NCBI GenBank assembly: GCA_028716525.1
Contig: JAQUPQ010000015.1
Coordinates: forward strand, 1,237-65,236
DNA: 64,000 bases
Source of the DNA: Terriglobia bacterium
GTDB taxonomy: Bacteria > Acidobacteriota > Terriglobia > JAIQFV01
Reading direction: 5' to 3'
Shown here: piece by piece, positions 52,101-60,910 of the stretch
Layout of the letters: every line of letters begins with the position of its first letter
Numbering within the stretch: the first letter of the stretch is position 1
Notes under the pieces: model-generated
What the model was told of the DNA's origin: nothing
Databases searched by the model: none
What the model saw: the letters and a program-made list of their open reading frames with translations, nothing else
Translations under genes and position numbers: made by a program

Positions 52101-52341
52101 AGGGGGCTCGCGGCGTTCTGCCGGCGCGGGTTTGGCGCGATTAAACGGGGGTCTGGCGGGATTGATGACCGTCGTCGATACCGCGGATCGGGCGCCCACG
52201 GCGGCGGCACAGTCGGCCTTCGCGGATTTCCGAAAACAGCTTGATGCCGGGCTTCAAGCTTGGAACAAATTGAAACAATCCGATCTCGCGGATCTCAACA
52301 CTGAACTTCGGAACAATCACCTGCAAGAAATCACGCCGTAG
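49153..52341 (+). CDS. Secreted BNR/Asp-box repeat protein of the sortilin-VPS10 / GH74-like family
   Basis: Signal peptide. At least 10 Asp-box motifs S-x-D-x-G-x-T-W (STDAGATWTPI, STDGGKTWSRV, SRDNGQTWQEL, SDDAGKNWQRV, STDAGKTF, SVNGGRTWSS, TKDGGMSWTKI, TRDDGKAWHNV, THDFGKTWKRI, SFDDGEHWQP) spread over about 1060 aa. Confidence 0.8.
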   Translation: MLSPLSRSPFKLLALLACVFILSSSTVLPQDVPANALAALKWRLIGPFRGGRALTAAGIPGDPATFYFGAVGGGVWKTTDGGVVWRPLFDSQPIASIGALAIAPSDPKILYVGSGEADMRSDISFGDGLYKSTDAGATWTPIGLRDSHQIGRILVDPHDPNIVLVAALGHAYGPNIERGIFRSTDGGKTWSRVLYKDENTGAVDLCFDPENSKVVYASLWRTRRPPWNVYPPSGGPGSGLYKSRDNGQTWQELQGNGLPSGEWGRVGIAVGYGKDHNRVYALIDAREGGLFRSDDAGKNWQRVSTDSRVRGRAWYFSGVTVDPHNADVVYIPNVSIYKSTDAGKTFVAFKGAPGGDDYHFLWIDPTDSQRMIVASDQGTVISVNGGRTWSSWYNQPTAQFYHVVTDHRFPYHVYGAQQDSGTAAVLSRSDYGSITFRNWYPVGAGESGTIAPDPTNPNIVFGGDTNGRLFRFNRVTGQSQNISPSPASAFGEDPATAKFRFTWTSPLVFSPLQPHTLYFGSQFVLQTKDGGMSWTKISPDLTRHADKPPKTTAAEGGSIDTSHSYGRGVVYSIAPSFVKSGVIWAGTDDGLIQLTRDDGKAWHNVTPPELTVWSKIGIIEASHFDPATAYAAVDRHRLDDYQPYIYRTHDFGKTWKRINDGIREPAFVNAVREDPVRKGLLFAGTELGVYVSFDDGEHWQPLQLNLPVASIRDLAVEQNDLIAATHGRSFWILDDIASLRQMNRGVLESEAHLFKPQDTVRVRENVTHDTPLPPEEPAGQNPPYGALIDYYLKSEPAGDVSIEILDNTGKLVRKFSSSDKPFDPGTPPFPNYWLRPAGPPSKNPGLNRLAWDLRYPRPAVLNFQFGIAAAFGANAPALPMGPRVLPGTYRVRLAVNGKSYSQTFSVKPDPRVTTARLDLVKQFDLEMKIDGALKQDFDALTEARKVREQIKKLDNSLSKTAGNETLLGHLKSLDEKIGGLLGEGGSRRSAGAGLARLNGGLAGLMTVVDTADRAPTAAAQSAFADFRKQLDAGLQAWNKLKQSDLADLNTELRNNHLQEITP

Positions 52342-52507
52342 TGAGGGACGATGCACGCCGGGTGAAAAAGCCATCTTCACCGTATCTTGGGACTCCGGCA
52401 TGAAATAAAAAACCACGTCGAATAACTTAGGCTCGACGTGGTTGGTTCCTTGAAGTGATTTCAGGACTCAGATCATCGCGGGCTGAAACTTTTCGCCTGC
52501 GACGCTC

Positions 52508-52810
52508 TCAACCTTTGACATGACACTTGGCGCAATTACCCGCCGACGGGAAGGCTTTCCCACCAGCCACATGGCAGGCCCCACAGGATTTCTTGGCGGC
52601 TTCCGCGGGCTTATGCATTCCCGCGGCGAAATTCAAGGGCGCCTTTTTCTGTGGAAACAAGGTGTCGTGGCACGTCTTGCAGTTATTCTTCTCACGGGCC
52701 ACGTGCTTGGCGTGATCAAAGGTTACCTTTCCGGTCTTGGCCTCAAACACGAGCTTGTCGGGAGCCTTCTGGGCCAACAGGTTCAAGGTCAAAATGGAAA
52801 ATAGAAGTCC
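52508..52810 (-). CDS. Small periplasmic triheme cytochrome c (cytochrome c7/c3-family-like)
   Basis: Signal peptide MKKYLSIFLILGLLFSILTLNLLA, then three CxxCH motifs (CKTCH, CGACH, CAKCH) in an about 75-aa mature protein with many Lys. Start trimmed to MKKYLS. Confidence 0.75.
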   Translation of the reverse strand, partial: GLLFSILTLNLLAQKAPDKLVFEAKTGKVTFDHAKHVAREKNNCKTCHDTLFPQKKAPLNFAAGMHKPAEAAKKSCGACHVAGGKAFPSAGNCAKCHVKG

Positions 52811-53053
52811 AAGGATTAAAAAGATTGAGAGATATTTCTTCATCGGGTCGAGCCTCCTGGTATGAAAGATCAACTGCGTTCTCTCACAAACAATTGGATG
52901 TGATTGTATGCATTCTCCGTTGTTTTTCAATCTATTTAATTTCCCATTCTGACGTCAACGTGCAATTTTGACGGCGCGTATCTTGAAGTGAGTTCTTGTC
53001 TATCACTACGGATTGATGCTTGGCCTTTAACTCAAAATTCATGGAGGATGATT

Positions 53054-54064
53054 ATGAAGAAGTTATTGTTCATGGCGATTTTGGTGCTGGCGTTCGGTGG
53101 CCTTCTGACGGGCGCAGAACCGGCGGCTCAGGCCCGATCCGCCTCGGCAATGCCGGCGGTATATAACCTGCAGCAGGGCTTTGTGGATGCCCACGGAGTT
53201 CTTATTTATTACGAGTCTCTAGGCGTCGGCGCGCCGCTTGTAATTGTTCATGGGGGACCGGGCGCATCACATGACTATTTCCTTCCTTACCTGCTTCCCC
53301 TGGCGCGAAAGAATCGATTGATTTTCATCGATGAACGCGGTTCCGGTCGATCGGGAAAACTGGAAGACCCCAAAGGTTATACGGTTGAAAATATGGTGGA
53401 AGATGTGGAAGCGGTCCGCCAAGCGCTTCACCTTGGCCAGATCAACTTGTTGGGCCACTCCTACGGCGGCGTTCTGGCACAAGCTTATGCGCTGAAATAT
53501 CAGAAAAACCTCTCTCACTTGATTCTTTGCAGCACCTTTGCCAGCACCAAAGAAATGAATGAAGTCTTTGTCCGGATGAAGGAAAAAATGGCGCCGGAAC
53601 TTCGAGAACGAATCGATCGTTTGGAAAAAGCCGGTCTGTTTGGTCACGGAAAGGATTATGAGAAGAATCGCTATACCAATGATTACATGGTGGCGGCATG
53701 GGGCGAGGGTTACTTTCCATACCTCTATCAAAACCATCCCGACCCCAATTTCGATCCAGCCGGACAAGGCGTGACCTCGTGGGACCTCTACCGTGAAATG
53801 TGGGGGTCAAACGGCGAGTTCATTATCGATGGCAACCTGAAGTCGGTAGAGTACCTGAAACGCCTTCCCTCGATCAAAGTGCGGACGCTCATTACCGCCG
53901 GCGACCACGACGAATGCGACCCCAGCTTGTCGCGCGAGACGCACGAAAAAATCGCCGGCTCCAAGCTGGTCATCTTTCCCAAAAGCGGGCACATGACCTT
54001 CGTCGATCAGCCCAAGATGTTCATCTCGACCATCAATGACTTTCTGCACCCTGCAGCGAAATAG
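53054..54064 (+). CDS. Secreted alpha/beta-hydrolase (proline iminopeptidase-like family)
   Basis: GGAGGA RBS then ATG at 53054, signal peptide, HGGPG oxyanion motif, nucleophile elbow GHSYGG, C-terminal catalytic D/H. Confidence 0.8.
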   Translation: MKKLLFMAILVLAFGGLLTGAEPAAQARSASAMPAVYNLQQGFVDAHGVLIYYESLGVGAPLVIVHGGPGASHDYFLPYLLPLARKNRLIFIDERGSGRSGKLEDPKGYTVENMVEDVEAVRQALHLGQINLLGHSYGGVLAQAYALKYQKNLSHLILCSTFASTKEMNEVFVRMKEKMAPELRERIDRLEKAGLFGHGKDYEKNRYTNDYMVAAWGEGYFPYLYQNHPDPNFDPAGQGVTSWDLYREMWGSNGEFIIDGNLKSVEYLKRLPSIKVRTLITAGDHDECDPSLSRETHEKIAGSKLVIFPKSGHMTFVDQPKMFISTINDFLHPAAK

Positions 54065-54218
54065 TTGAATGATCGGGTCGGACCAGGACGACAGATCCGG
54101 TCCGGCCCGAATCAGAGCCGCCCCCTCATCGTAAAAAAAATTGAAACCCTAGACCCCGATTTAACATCTTAGTATACGTTACAGGGTTGGGCTCCCATCT
54201 TTCCTTAAGGATACTTCC

Positions 54219-56036
54219 ATGGCTCGCACTCTTGTAGTCTTAGCTGCCGCTCTATTCCTGACACTTAGTCTGCAAATCCCGGCACAAAACCCCGCTCCGA
54301 CCACGCCGGGGCTCACCGACGAGCAGCTTAAAGCCAAGCAGGAGCTGGAGCGCAAAGGCGCTCAACTGCTCCTTGAAACCGTCCCGGAGATTGGCCTGCT
54401 GAGGACCGGCTACAACCGCGCCCGATCGTACGCCCTGGCCGGAAGCCTTCTGTGGAAATTTGATGAAACACGCGCCAGGAGTTTTATCCAACAGGCCCAG
54501 GAAGAATTTCAGCACATCTTCGGGGCGGAAGATCCGAACGATATGAATTATATGGGCCGGTTCTACACCTTGCAGCAATTGCGGAGAGAAATGTTCCAGT
54601 CTATTTCACCACTGGACCCCCAAGTGGCTCTCGATTTTCTGCATGCCACGAAACTCCCTCCCCCCGCTCAGATGGGGAGCCGTTTCGCTTCGATTGATCA
54701 GGATGCCGGCCTGGAATTAGAGCTTGCACTCCGCCTTGTAAAGACCGATCCGCAGAGGGCGCTTGAGATCGGAGAGGCGGCCGTTGCTTTGGGCCCGTCT
54801 CCCCAAGTGATCACCCTCCTCAATCTGCTTCGAGCGGGCAATCCGGATGCAGCGGGCGCCTTGATGAATGATCTGCTCAAGGCTTTCGCTTCCGGTAAAC
54901 TCAACACTAATAATCAAGCGTTCTACGCGGCCTACAACCTTCTTCAGATTGGATTGCGATCGAAGTCGACACCGGTCCAGGCGCCGGGGACCGGCCAAAT
55001 ACAGCCCCTCCAATTGAGTGATGCATCGATGGGCCTCCTGGTATCGTACTTGGCTTCGGCTATCGCGGCAGCCAAGGACGATTCTGCCGGCCCTGGGGGC
55101 GGATACTATTCAAATTTTGTGCAAGCGTCCTCGTCGCTCCTCCCCGATCTTCAAAAATTCGGGTTGATGACCGATGCCCTCCGAACAGCGATCGGCTCCG
55201 GCGCTTCCTCCATCAACCCGGGCCAACAAGCCTGGACCGACTTTCAAGCCCTCCAAGCGAAGAACCCCTCCGTGGATGCTTTGATTCAAGCAGCAGCTTC
55301 CGCGCCGATGCAGACACGCAACAACTATTATCAGGCGGCTTCCAATCAAGCCGTCAATGCCGGCGACTACGACCGGGCGCGCCAAATCCTGAACGATAAT
55401 GTTTCCGCTGAAGCGAAAAGCAATATGCTTGATAATTTGAATTTTCAAATCCTCATTAATTTGGGGCAGAAAGGAAACTTCGAACAGGCGCGGCAGCTGG
55501 CCTTGGGGCTTTCGAAAATCCAGAATCGCGTGAATGGATTGTTGCAGCTCTCCCGAATTGCCGGACAGAAGAAAGACCTTTCGCTGGCGCTCAACCTGAC
55601 GGATGATGCAAGAAATCTGCTCACCGTTCCGCCTGAAAACATCCAACAGCTAAGTTCTCTGCTCGCGGTGGCGGAAACGTTTGCCAGCTTGAAATCAAAG
55701 CATGGTTTGGACCTTCTTGATCCGCTGCCCCCGCAGATGAATCAATTAATCTCTGCTTCGCTGCTGATCGATTCCTACATGCAACCTGATAATCCCGCCA
55801 TCAGAGAAGGCGAATTGACATTCGTCGGTGGGTTCGGTCTGTCGAGCTCCATTCAGCAAATCAGCAACGCCTTGGAAAGCCTGTGCGTTAACGATTTCGA
55901 CGACGCGAAATCCGTTGCCGATCATTTTCAACCTGTCGAAGTGCGTGTGCGCCTTCATCTCGCCCTGGCGCGTGCCGCCCTCGGCGGCGCTTCAAACGAA
56001 GCGCAGTCCGGCTTTTTCTTCGGTATCGTGCGCTAA
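54219..56036 (+). CDS. Secreted alpha-helical repeat protein of unknown function
   Basis: Signal peptide (MARTLVVLAAALFLTLSLQIPAQ), then 580 aa with helical/Ala-Leu-rich repeat character and no catalytic motif I recognise. Confidence 0.5.
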   Translation: MARTLVVLAAALFLTLSLQIPAQNPAPTTPGLTDEQLKAKQELERKGAQLLLETVPEIGLLRTGYNRARSYALAGSLLWKFDETRARSFIQQAQEEFQHIFGAEDPNDMNYMGRFYTLQQLRREMFQSISPLDPQVALDFLHATKLPPPAQMGSRFASIDQDAGLELELALRLVKTDPQRALEIGEAAVALGPSPQVITLLNLLRAGNPDAAGALMNDLLKAFASGKLNTNNQAFYAAYNLLQIGLRSKSTPVQAPGTGQIQPLQLSDASMGLLVSYLASAIAAAKDDSAGPGGGYYSNFVQASSSLLPDLQKFGLMTDALRTAIGSGASSINPGQQAWTDFQALQAKNPSVDALIQAAASAPMQTRNNYYQAASNQAVNAGDYDRARQILNDNVSAEAKSNMLDNLNFQILINLGQKGNFEQARQLALGLSKIQNRVNGLLQLSRIAGQKKDLSLALNLTDDARNLLTVPPENIQQLSSLLAVAETFASLKSKHGLDLLDPLPPQMNQLISASLLIDSYMQPDNPAIREGELTFVGGFGLSSSIQQISNALESLCVNDFDDAKSVADHFQPVEVRVRLHLALARAALGGASNEAQSGFFFGIVR

Positions 56037-56169
56037 CATTCGATTGGCAGCACCCGCAGACAACAAAAACTGCATCACTCTTCCACTTCGAAATGCTTCT
56101 TTCGGATGGTAAACTCTGCCGTCCGGAGTTGCGATCCATAATCCCGCCGCGGGGAGGCCTGTCGCTTCG

Positions 56170-57825
56170 ATGTGGCAGCAGATTTATGTTCCGCTGGAAG
56201 GCAATTTGGGACTTTCCTGTGCGGTCGCGGCTATTCCCATCTTCGTGGTGCTTTTTCTGATCGGCCTCCGGCGCAAGCCCGCCTGGATTTCCTCGCTGGC
56301 CGGATTAGCTGCAGCTTTCTTGGTGGCTGTGGCCGTCTACCGCATGCCCGTGGGAAAAACCGTGAGCGCCACTCTCTACGGCGGCGCATTCGGACTGTTT
56401 CCCATCGGCTGGGTGGTTTTCTGGGCGATTCTTCTCTATCGCCTGGCGGTCGAAAGCGGGCAGTTCACCCTCATCAAAGACTCTCTCGGCAGCCTGACGC
56501 CCGATCGTCGGCTGCAAGCGCTGCTGATCGCCTTCGCTTTTGGGGCCTTCATCGAAGGTGCTTCCGGATTCGGAACGCCCGTCGCGGTGGCCGGCGCCAT
56601 GCTCGCCGGACTCGGCTTCTCCCCCTTTTATGCTGCCGGAATTTGCCTTCTGGCCAACACCGCCCCCGTGGCTTTTGGAGCCATCGGAATTCCTATCGTC
56701 ACACTGGCCGGTACCACCGGACTTCCCCTCGACCGCCTGAGCGCCGGCGTGGGACGCATCTGCGCCCCCATTTCACTGTTCATTCCCGCTTATCTCATTT
56801 GGGTTATGGGCGGATTCAAAGCTTTGAAAAAAGTGATCCCTGCCGTGGCGGTTTGCGGGATCGCTTTTGCGGGAATGCAATTCTTCATCTCCAATTTTGT
56901 GGGTGTCTATTTGACCGACATCCTGGCCTCCCTGACCGCCATAGCGGCGCTCACGGCTCTGCTGCGTTTTTGGAAGCCACGTGAAACAGCCGAAGTTGGA
57001 ACCAGCAAAAGAGAGGCGGCTTGGTCCGTCAATGAGGGTGCGGGCCTTAGTCCTGCCATCACACACTCTCCGCGAAGCCTGCTCCGGGCCTGGGGACCTT
57101 ACGGATTTCTGGTGGTCCTCGTCTTGTTGTGGGGCTACGCGCCGGTGCAAGGGTTCTTGAATCGCGTGAATCTATCCTTTGCCTGGCCGGGTTTGCACAA
57201 TTTGATTCAACGCATGCCGCCAGTGGTGGCCCAACCGGCTGCTTACCCCGCCCTCTTCAATTTCAATTGGCTTTCGGCTTCGGGGACGGCGTGTTTGGTC
57301 GCCTGCCTCCTCTCGGTCGTGTGGTTGCGAATGTCGATGAAAACTTTTTTGGGGATTCTGGCGCGGACTGCCCGACAAATGTTTTTCGCGGAGCTTACCA
57401 TTGCAGCAGTGCTTTCGCTGGCCTTCCTGATGAATTACTCCGGCGCCACGGCCACGCTGGGGATTGGATTTGCCGCCACCGGCCGGCTGTTTCCGTTCTT
57501 CAGTGCATTGTTGGGATGGTTGGGCGTGTTTTTGACGGGGAGCGATACTTCGTCAAATGCTTTGTTCGGAAACCTTCAGGTCGTGACTGCCGGCAAGCTC
57601 CACATGAGTCCGCTCCTGATGGCGTCCTCGAATTCTGCCGGAGGGGTGATGGGCAAAATGATCAGCCTGCAAAGCATCGCGGTGGCAGCCGCCGCGACCA
57701 ACCTGAAACCTGAAGAAGAACCGAAACTGTTTCGTTTTACCTTGCGCCACAGCTTGTTTCTTGCTGCGGTCGTCGGACTTGTTGTGACCTTTTATGCCTA
57801 CGTCGCCCCCCGGTTGGCGCCTTAA
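56170..57825 (+). CDS. lldP: L-lactate permease (LctP family)
   Basis: Strong collinear match to LldP/LctP: N-terminus MWQQIY.PL.N...L.A..PI, PDRRLQALLIAFAFGAFIEGASGFGTPVA, NTAPVAFGAIGIPI, WLGVFLTGSDTSSNALF, GKMISLQSIAVA. Confidence 0.9.
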   Translation: MWQQIYVPLEGNLGLSCAVAAIPIFVVLFLIGLRRKPAWISSLAGLAAAFLVAVAVYRMPVGKTVSATLYGGAFGLFPIGWVVFWAILLYRLAVESGQFTLIKDSLGSLTPDRRLQALLIAFAFGAFIEGASGFGTPVAVAGAMLAGLGFSPFYAAGICLLANTAPVAFGAIGIPIVTLAGTTGLPLDRLSAGVGRICAPISLFIPAYLIWVMGGFKALKKVIPAVAVCGIAFAGMQFFISNFVGVYLTDILASLTAIAALTALLRFWKPRETAEVGTSKREAAWSVNEGAGLSPAITHSPRSLLRAWGPYGFLVVLVLLWGYAPVQGFLNRVNLSFAWPGLHNLIQRMPPVVAQPAAYPALFNFNWLSASGTACLVACLLSVVWLRMSMKTFLGILARTARQMFFAELTIAAVLSLAFLMNYSGATATLGIGFAATGRLFPFFSALLGWLGVFLTGSDTSSNALFGNLQVVTAGKLHMSPLLMASSNSAGGVMGKMISLQSIAVAAAATNLKPEEEPKLFRFTLRHSLFLAAVVGLVVTFYAYVAPRLAP

Positions 57826-57865
57826 ACCGGACGTCTCCCATGGTTAGTTGAAAATAGAAGAGGTC

Positions 57866-58323
57866 TCTGTCGCCCCTGAAGGGGCTGCGCGATAAGGTCC
57901 TACAACCTACCCCACCCTTGCTCTCCGCCTACGGCGGACGAGCGGAGGGTGGGGCTACTATCTGACCGGCCCTCCGGGCCTAACCGAATCGACCACCATC
58001 ATTTTCATGCTCCTATTGACGAAGATAAAATATAGAGACAGACAGCAGCTCTTGGCGACGCGCCATCGTTTGGGTAGCCGCGGTGCGGTTTCTGCACCGC
58101 GGGACTCGAGGCGTCACTATATTCTGTCAGCATCTGCAGGCGCGACAAAAGCCCATGAGGAACTGCTCCGAAAACAGATGGAGCTCTGGTAGCCACCCCG
58201 ATGGATCGGGGTGGGGTTTTCCCTAATCCATCTCAAGAGCTTACCCCGATTCATCAGGGTGGGCTCTTTCTGCCTTCCAGATATCTTCAAGCAAAACAAT
58301 CAAGCCCCTTCAGGGGCGACAGA
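57866..58323. repeat. about 460-bp structured non-coding element bounded by perfect 20-bp terminal inverted repeats (element 1)
   Basis: TCTGTCGCCCCTGAAGGGGC at 57866-57885 and its exact reverse complement at 58304-58323. Interior is hairpin-rich (CCGCGGTGC..GCACCGCGG; CCACCCCGATGGATCGGGGTGG followed by TTTT at 58185-58219). No credible ORF. Confidence 0.7.
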
Positions 58324-58337
58324 ACCTTATCGACAAA

Positions 58338-58733
58338 TCAAAAAATCTTTCGGATTTTGGCCACTCCGATCGCGGTTCCCTTGGCGGCATGCGCGGCCGA
58401 TTTTCCAACACCAATCCCCACGTTCTTTCCAAATCCCCCGACCCCTGCACCAAACGCCATCGTTCCCTTAATCGGCTCGCCTTGCACGGTGTCCGACGCC
58501 AGCTTCACGCTGCCGTCCCCCAAATCGGACCCGGCTTTTCCCGCATGCGTGGTGAGCGTTTCTCCGGACTTCTTGAATTCAGTAACGGAAGAATCGGACT
58601 TCTGATGATGATTGGCCTTCTTGCTGCTGGAGACGGCGTATGAATCGTTGTCTGAAGCCGTTGTCGATTGCGCCAACAAAAAGGCAGGACACAAAAGAAG
58701 AAGCAAAAAGATCATGTATCGAGCTGGTCGCAT
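58338..58733 (-). CDS. Small secreted Gly/Ala/Lys-rich protein (unknown function)
   Basis: Signal peptide MRPARYMIFLLLLLCPAFLLAQS, then low-complexity GxGxG-rich C-terminus. Compositionally plausible but unsupported by motifs. Confidence 0.4.
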   Translation of the reverse strand: MRPARYMIFLLLLLCPAFLLAQSTTASDNDSYAVSSSKKANHHQKSDSSVTEFKKSGETLTTHAGKAGSDLGDGSVKLASDTVQGEPIKGTMAFGAGVGGFGKNVGIGVGKSAAHAAKGTAIGVAKIRKIF

Positions 58734-59013
58734 GAAAACCCTCCAATGAAATCCTGGTTTTTGATCATTCTATTGGATGTTGAAAAGTATAAAAGAAGTT
58801 GGCTCGGGAAGAACGGGTGTCGGGTGTCAGGTGTCGGGCCGTCAGGTCCGCCCACTTTTTGGCAGATGCCCGGGATGAGGTGTGAGACACCACCTTGCCC
58901 CCAACCGCGCCTTTGCCGTAAACTTCGTATATCGATTGATTTAATAAAGAGCCGCGGCCCCGGCTTCCCAAGATGGAAGCGAGGGGCCATTTGCATTCGA
59001 AGGATTTGAAACC

Positions 59014-60345
59014 ATGAACCTCAAATCTCGCGTTGTCGCCGCCACCCTCGGGCTCGTGTTCCTTGCCGCTTATGTGGTTTTATCTTGCCGCTCGCGCTCC
59101 ATGGGCGGCGAAAATTCATCCGGTGACTTAAGAATATTTCACGACTATCGCACCGAAAAACCCGGACAGACTTACAAGATTACAGTCGCCGATCTTCCCC
59201 GACCTTATACCACGCACTCCGTAGACAACGGTCCGCGCCTTATCCGGCGTCCCGCCGATGCCTGGCCGCAAGCGCCTGCAGGTTTCAAAGTGGATCAATA
59301 CGCCGCGGGACTCGACAATCCCCGTCTTCTTCGCACCGCGCCCAACGGCGATGTGTTTCTGGCCGAGAGCCGGCCGGGGCGCATCAAAATTTTTCGGGGA
59401 GTCGACAAGAACGGTCAAGCCCAAACGGTCAGCGTTTTTGCGTCCGGATTGGATCTGCCCTTCGGAATCGCTTTTTATCCGCCCGGGCCCAACCCGAAAT
59501 ATGTTTATGTGGGTAACACCGGGTCGGTGGTTCGATTTCCTTATGAAAACGGTGACTTGAAAGCGCGCGGCCCGGCAGAAACTATCGCGGAGATTCCCAG
59601 CGGCGGACACCTTCGCGGCGGTGGACACTGGACCCGCGATCTGGCTTTTTCTCTTGATGGCCAACACCTTTTCATTTCCGTCGGCTCGCACTCCAACGTC
59701 GATGACACCGACGGCAATCCTCGCGAACACAATCGCGCCGACATTCTCGAAGCCAATCCCGACGGAACAGGGCTCCACGTCTACGCCTGGGGAATTCGCA
59801 ACGCCGTCGGCATTGCCGTTCATCCCCGCAGCGGCGAACTGTGGGCTTCAGTGAACGAACGCGACGAACTCGGCGACAATCTTCCCCCCGATTACATCAC
59901 GCACATTCAGGAAGGCGGTTTCTACGGCTGGCCGTGGTTTTACATCGGCGACCACCAGGATCCCCGCCACGCCGGCAAACATCCCGAACTAAGAAACAAC
60001 GTCATCGTGCCGGATGTGCTCCTCCAACCGCATTACGCTTCACTGGAATTAGCTTTTTATGAAGGCAGCGGCGCCTCGGCATTTCCAAAAGAATATTCCG
60101 GCGAAATCTTCGCGGCCGAACACGGGTCTTGGAACCGCGCTCTTCGGACTGGTTATGAAGTCATCCGGGTTCCATTGAAAGACAGACACGCCACGGGCGA
60201 GTATCAGGATTTCCTGACGGGCTTTGTGACACCCCAAGGCGAAGTGTGGGGTCGTCCGGTGGGCGTGGCCGTTGCGCCCGACGGATCGCTCTTGATCAGC
60301 GACGACGGATCGGAATCCATCTGGCGAGTGAGCTATACGAGATAG
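59014..60345 (+). CDS. PQQ-dependent sugar (glucose/sorbosone) dehydrogenase-family beta-propeller protein
   Basis: Signal/TM N-terminus. Conserved SGDH-family blocks (LDNPRLLRTAPNGDVFLAE...GRI, GWPWFYIGDHQDP, GSLLISDDG). Confidence 0.75.
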   Translation: MNLKSRVVAATLGLVFLAAYVVLSCRSRSMGGENSSGDLRIFHDYRTEKPGQTYKITVADLPRPYTTHSVDNGPRLIRRPADAWPQAPAGFKVDQYAAGLDNPRLLRTAPNGDVFLAESRPGRIKIFRGVDKNGQAQTVSVFASGLDLPFGIAFYPPGPNPKYVYVGNTGSVVRFPYENGDLKARGPAETIAEIPSGGHLRGGGHWTRDLAFSLDGQHLFISVGSHSNVDDTDGNPREHNRADILEANPDGTGLHVYAWGIRNAVGIAVHPRSGELWASVNERDELGDNLPPDYITHIQEGGFYGWPWFYIGDHQDPRHAGKHPELRNNVIVPDVLLQPHYASLELAFYEGSGASAFPKEYSGEIFAAEHGSWNRALRTGYEVIRVPLKDRHATGEYQDFLTGFVTPQGEVWGRPVGVAVAPDGSLLISDDGSESIWRVSYTR

Positions 60346-60409
60346 CCTCGGTAGCCATGATGCTTCGCTCCTCAGAGCATTCTGGGAATCGGATTCATTT
60401 CGAACAGAA

Positions 60410-60900
60410 GAACCACTCACCGCAGAGGCGCAGAGGGCGCCGAGAACACTTGGTTATTTTCGGGGCTGCTCCTCACGCGTTGTGGTCGCACCCGGGATCA
60501 TGAAAATGGCAGGATCTGGTAGCCACCCCAATTCATCGGGGAGGCTACCAAAGCGCCACCTGTTTTCAAGGCAGTTCTCCATACCCCGATGGGTCAGGGC
60601 ACCCAAGGGAATGAAAATCACCAGGTCGCTCCATTCGAGGCCCGCAGGGCCGACCAGAATTTAGCCCCGTCCGATGCTCCACGCCTTTTGTGGAGCAAGG
60701 GCGGGGTACGGTGATGGGCAGGGCCGTCCAGCCCGCCTTGGCGGGCGGCAGAACAGCCTGTTCGAGACACTTGACCATCCAGTGAGATAGACAGAAACAG
60801 ATTAGGAACCAGAACCGGCATCCGAATAAATCTGTTCTTCATACAGCCATTGAACCTCTGCGCAACCTCTGCGTTCTCTGCGCCTCCGCGGTGAGTGGTT
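60410..60900. repeat. about 490-bp structured non-coding element bounded by 26-bp terminal inverted repeats (element 2, homologous to element 1)
   Basis: GAACCACTCACCGCAGAGGCGCAGAG at 60410-60435 versus reverse complement of 60875-60900 (1 mismatch). Interior contains the same two motifs as element 1: CTGGTAGCCACCCC..ATCGGGG hairpin (60516-60549) and TACCCCGAT..TCAGGG (60583-60605). Confidence 0.7.
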
Positions 60901-60910
60901 CTCAAAATCT

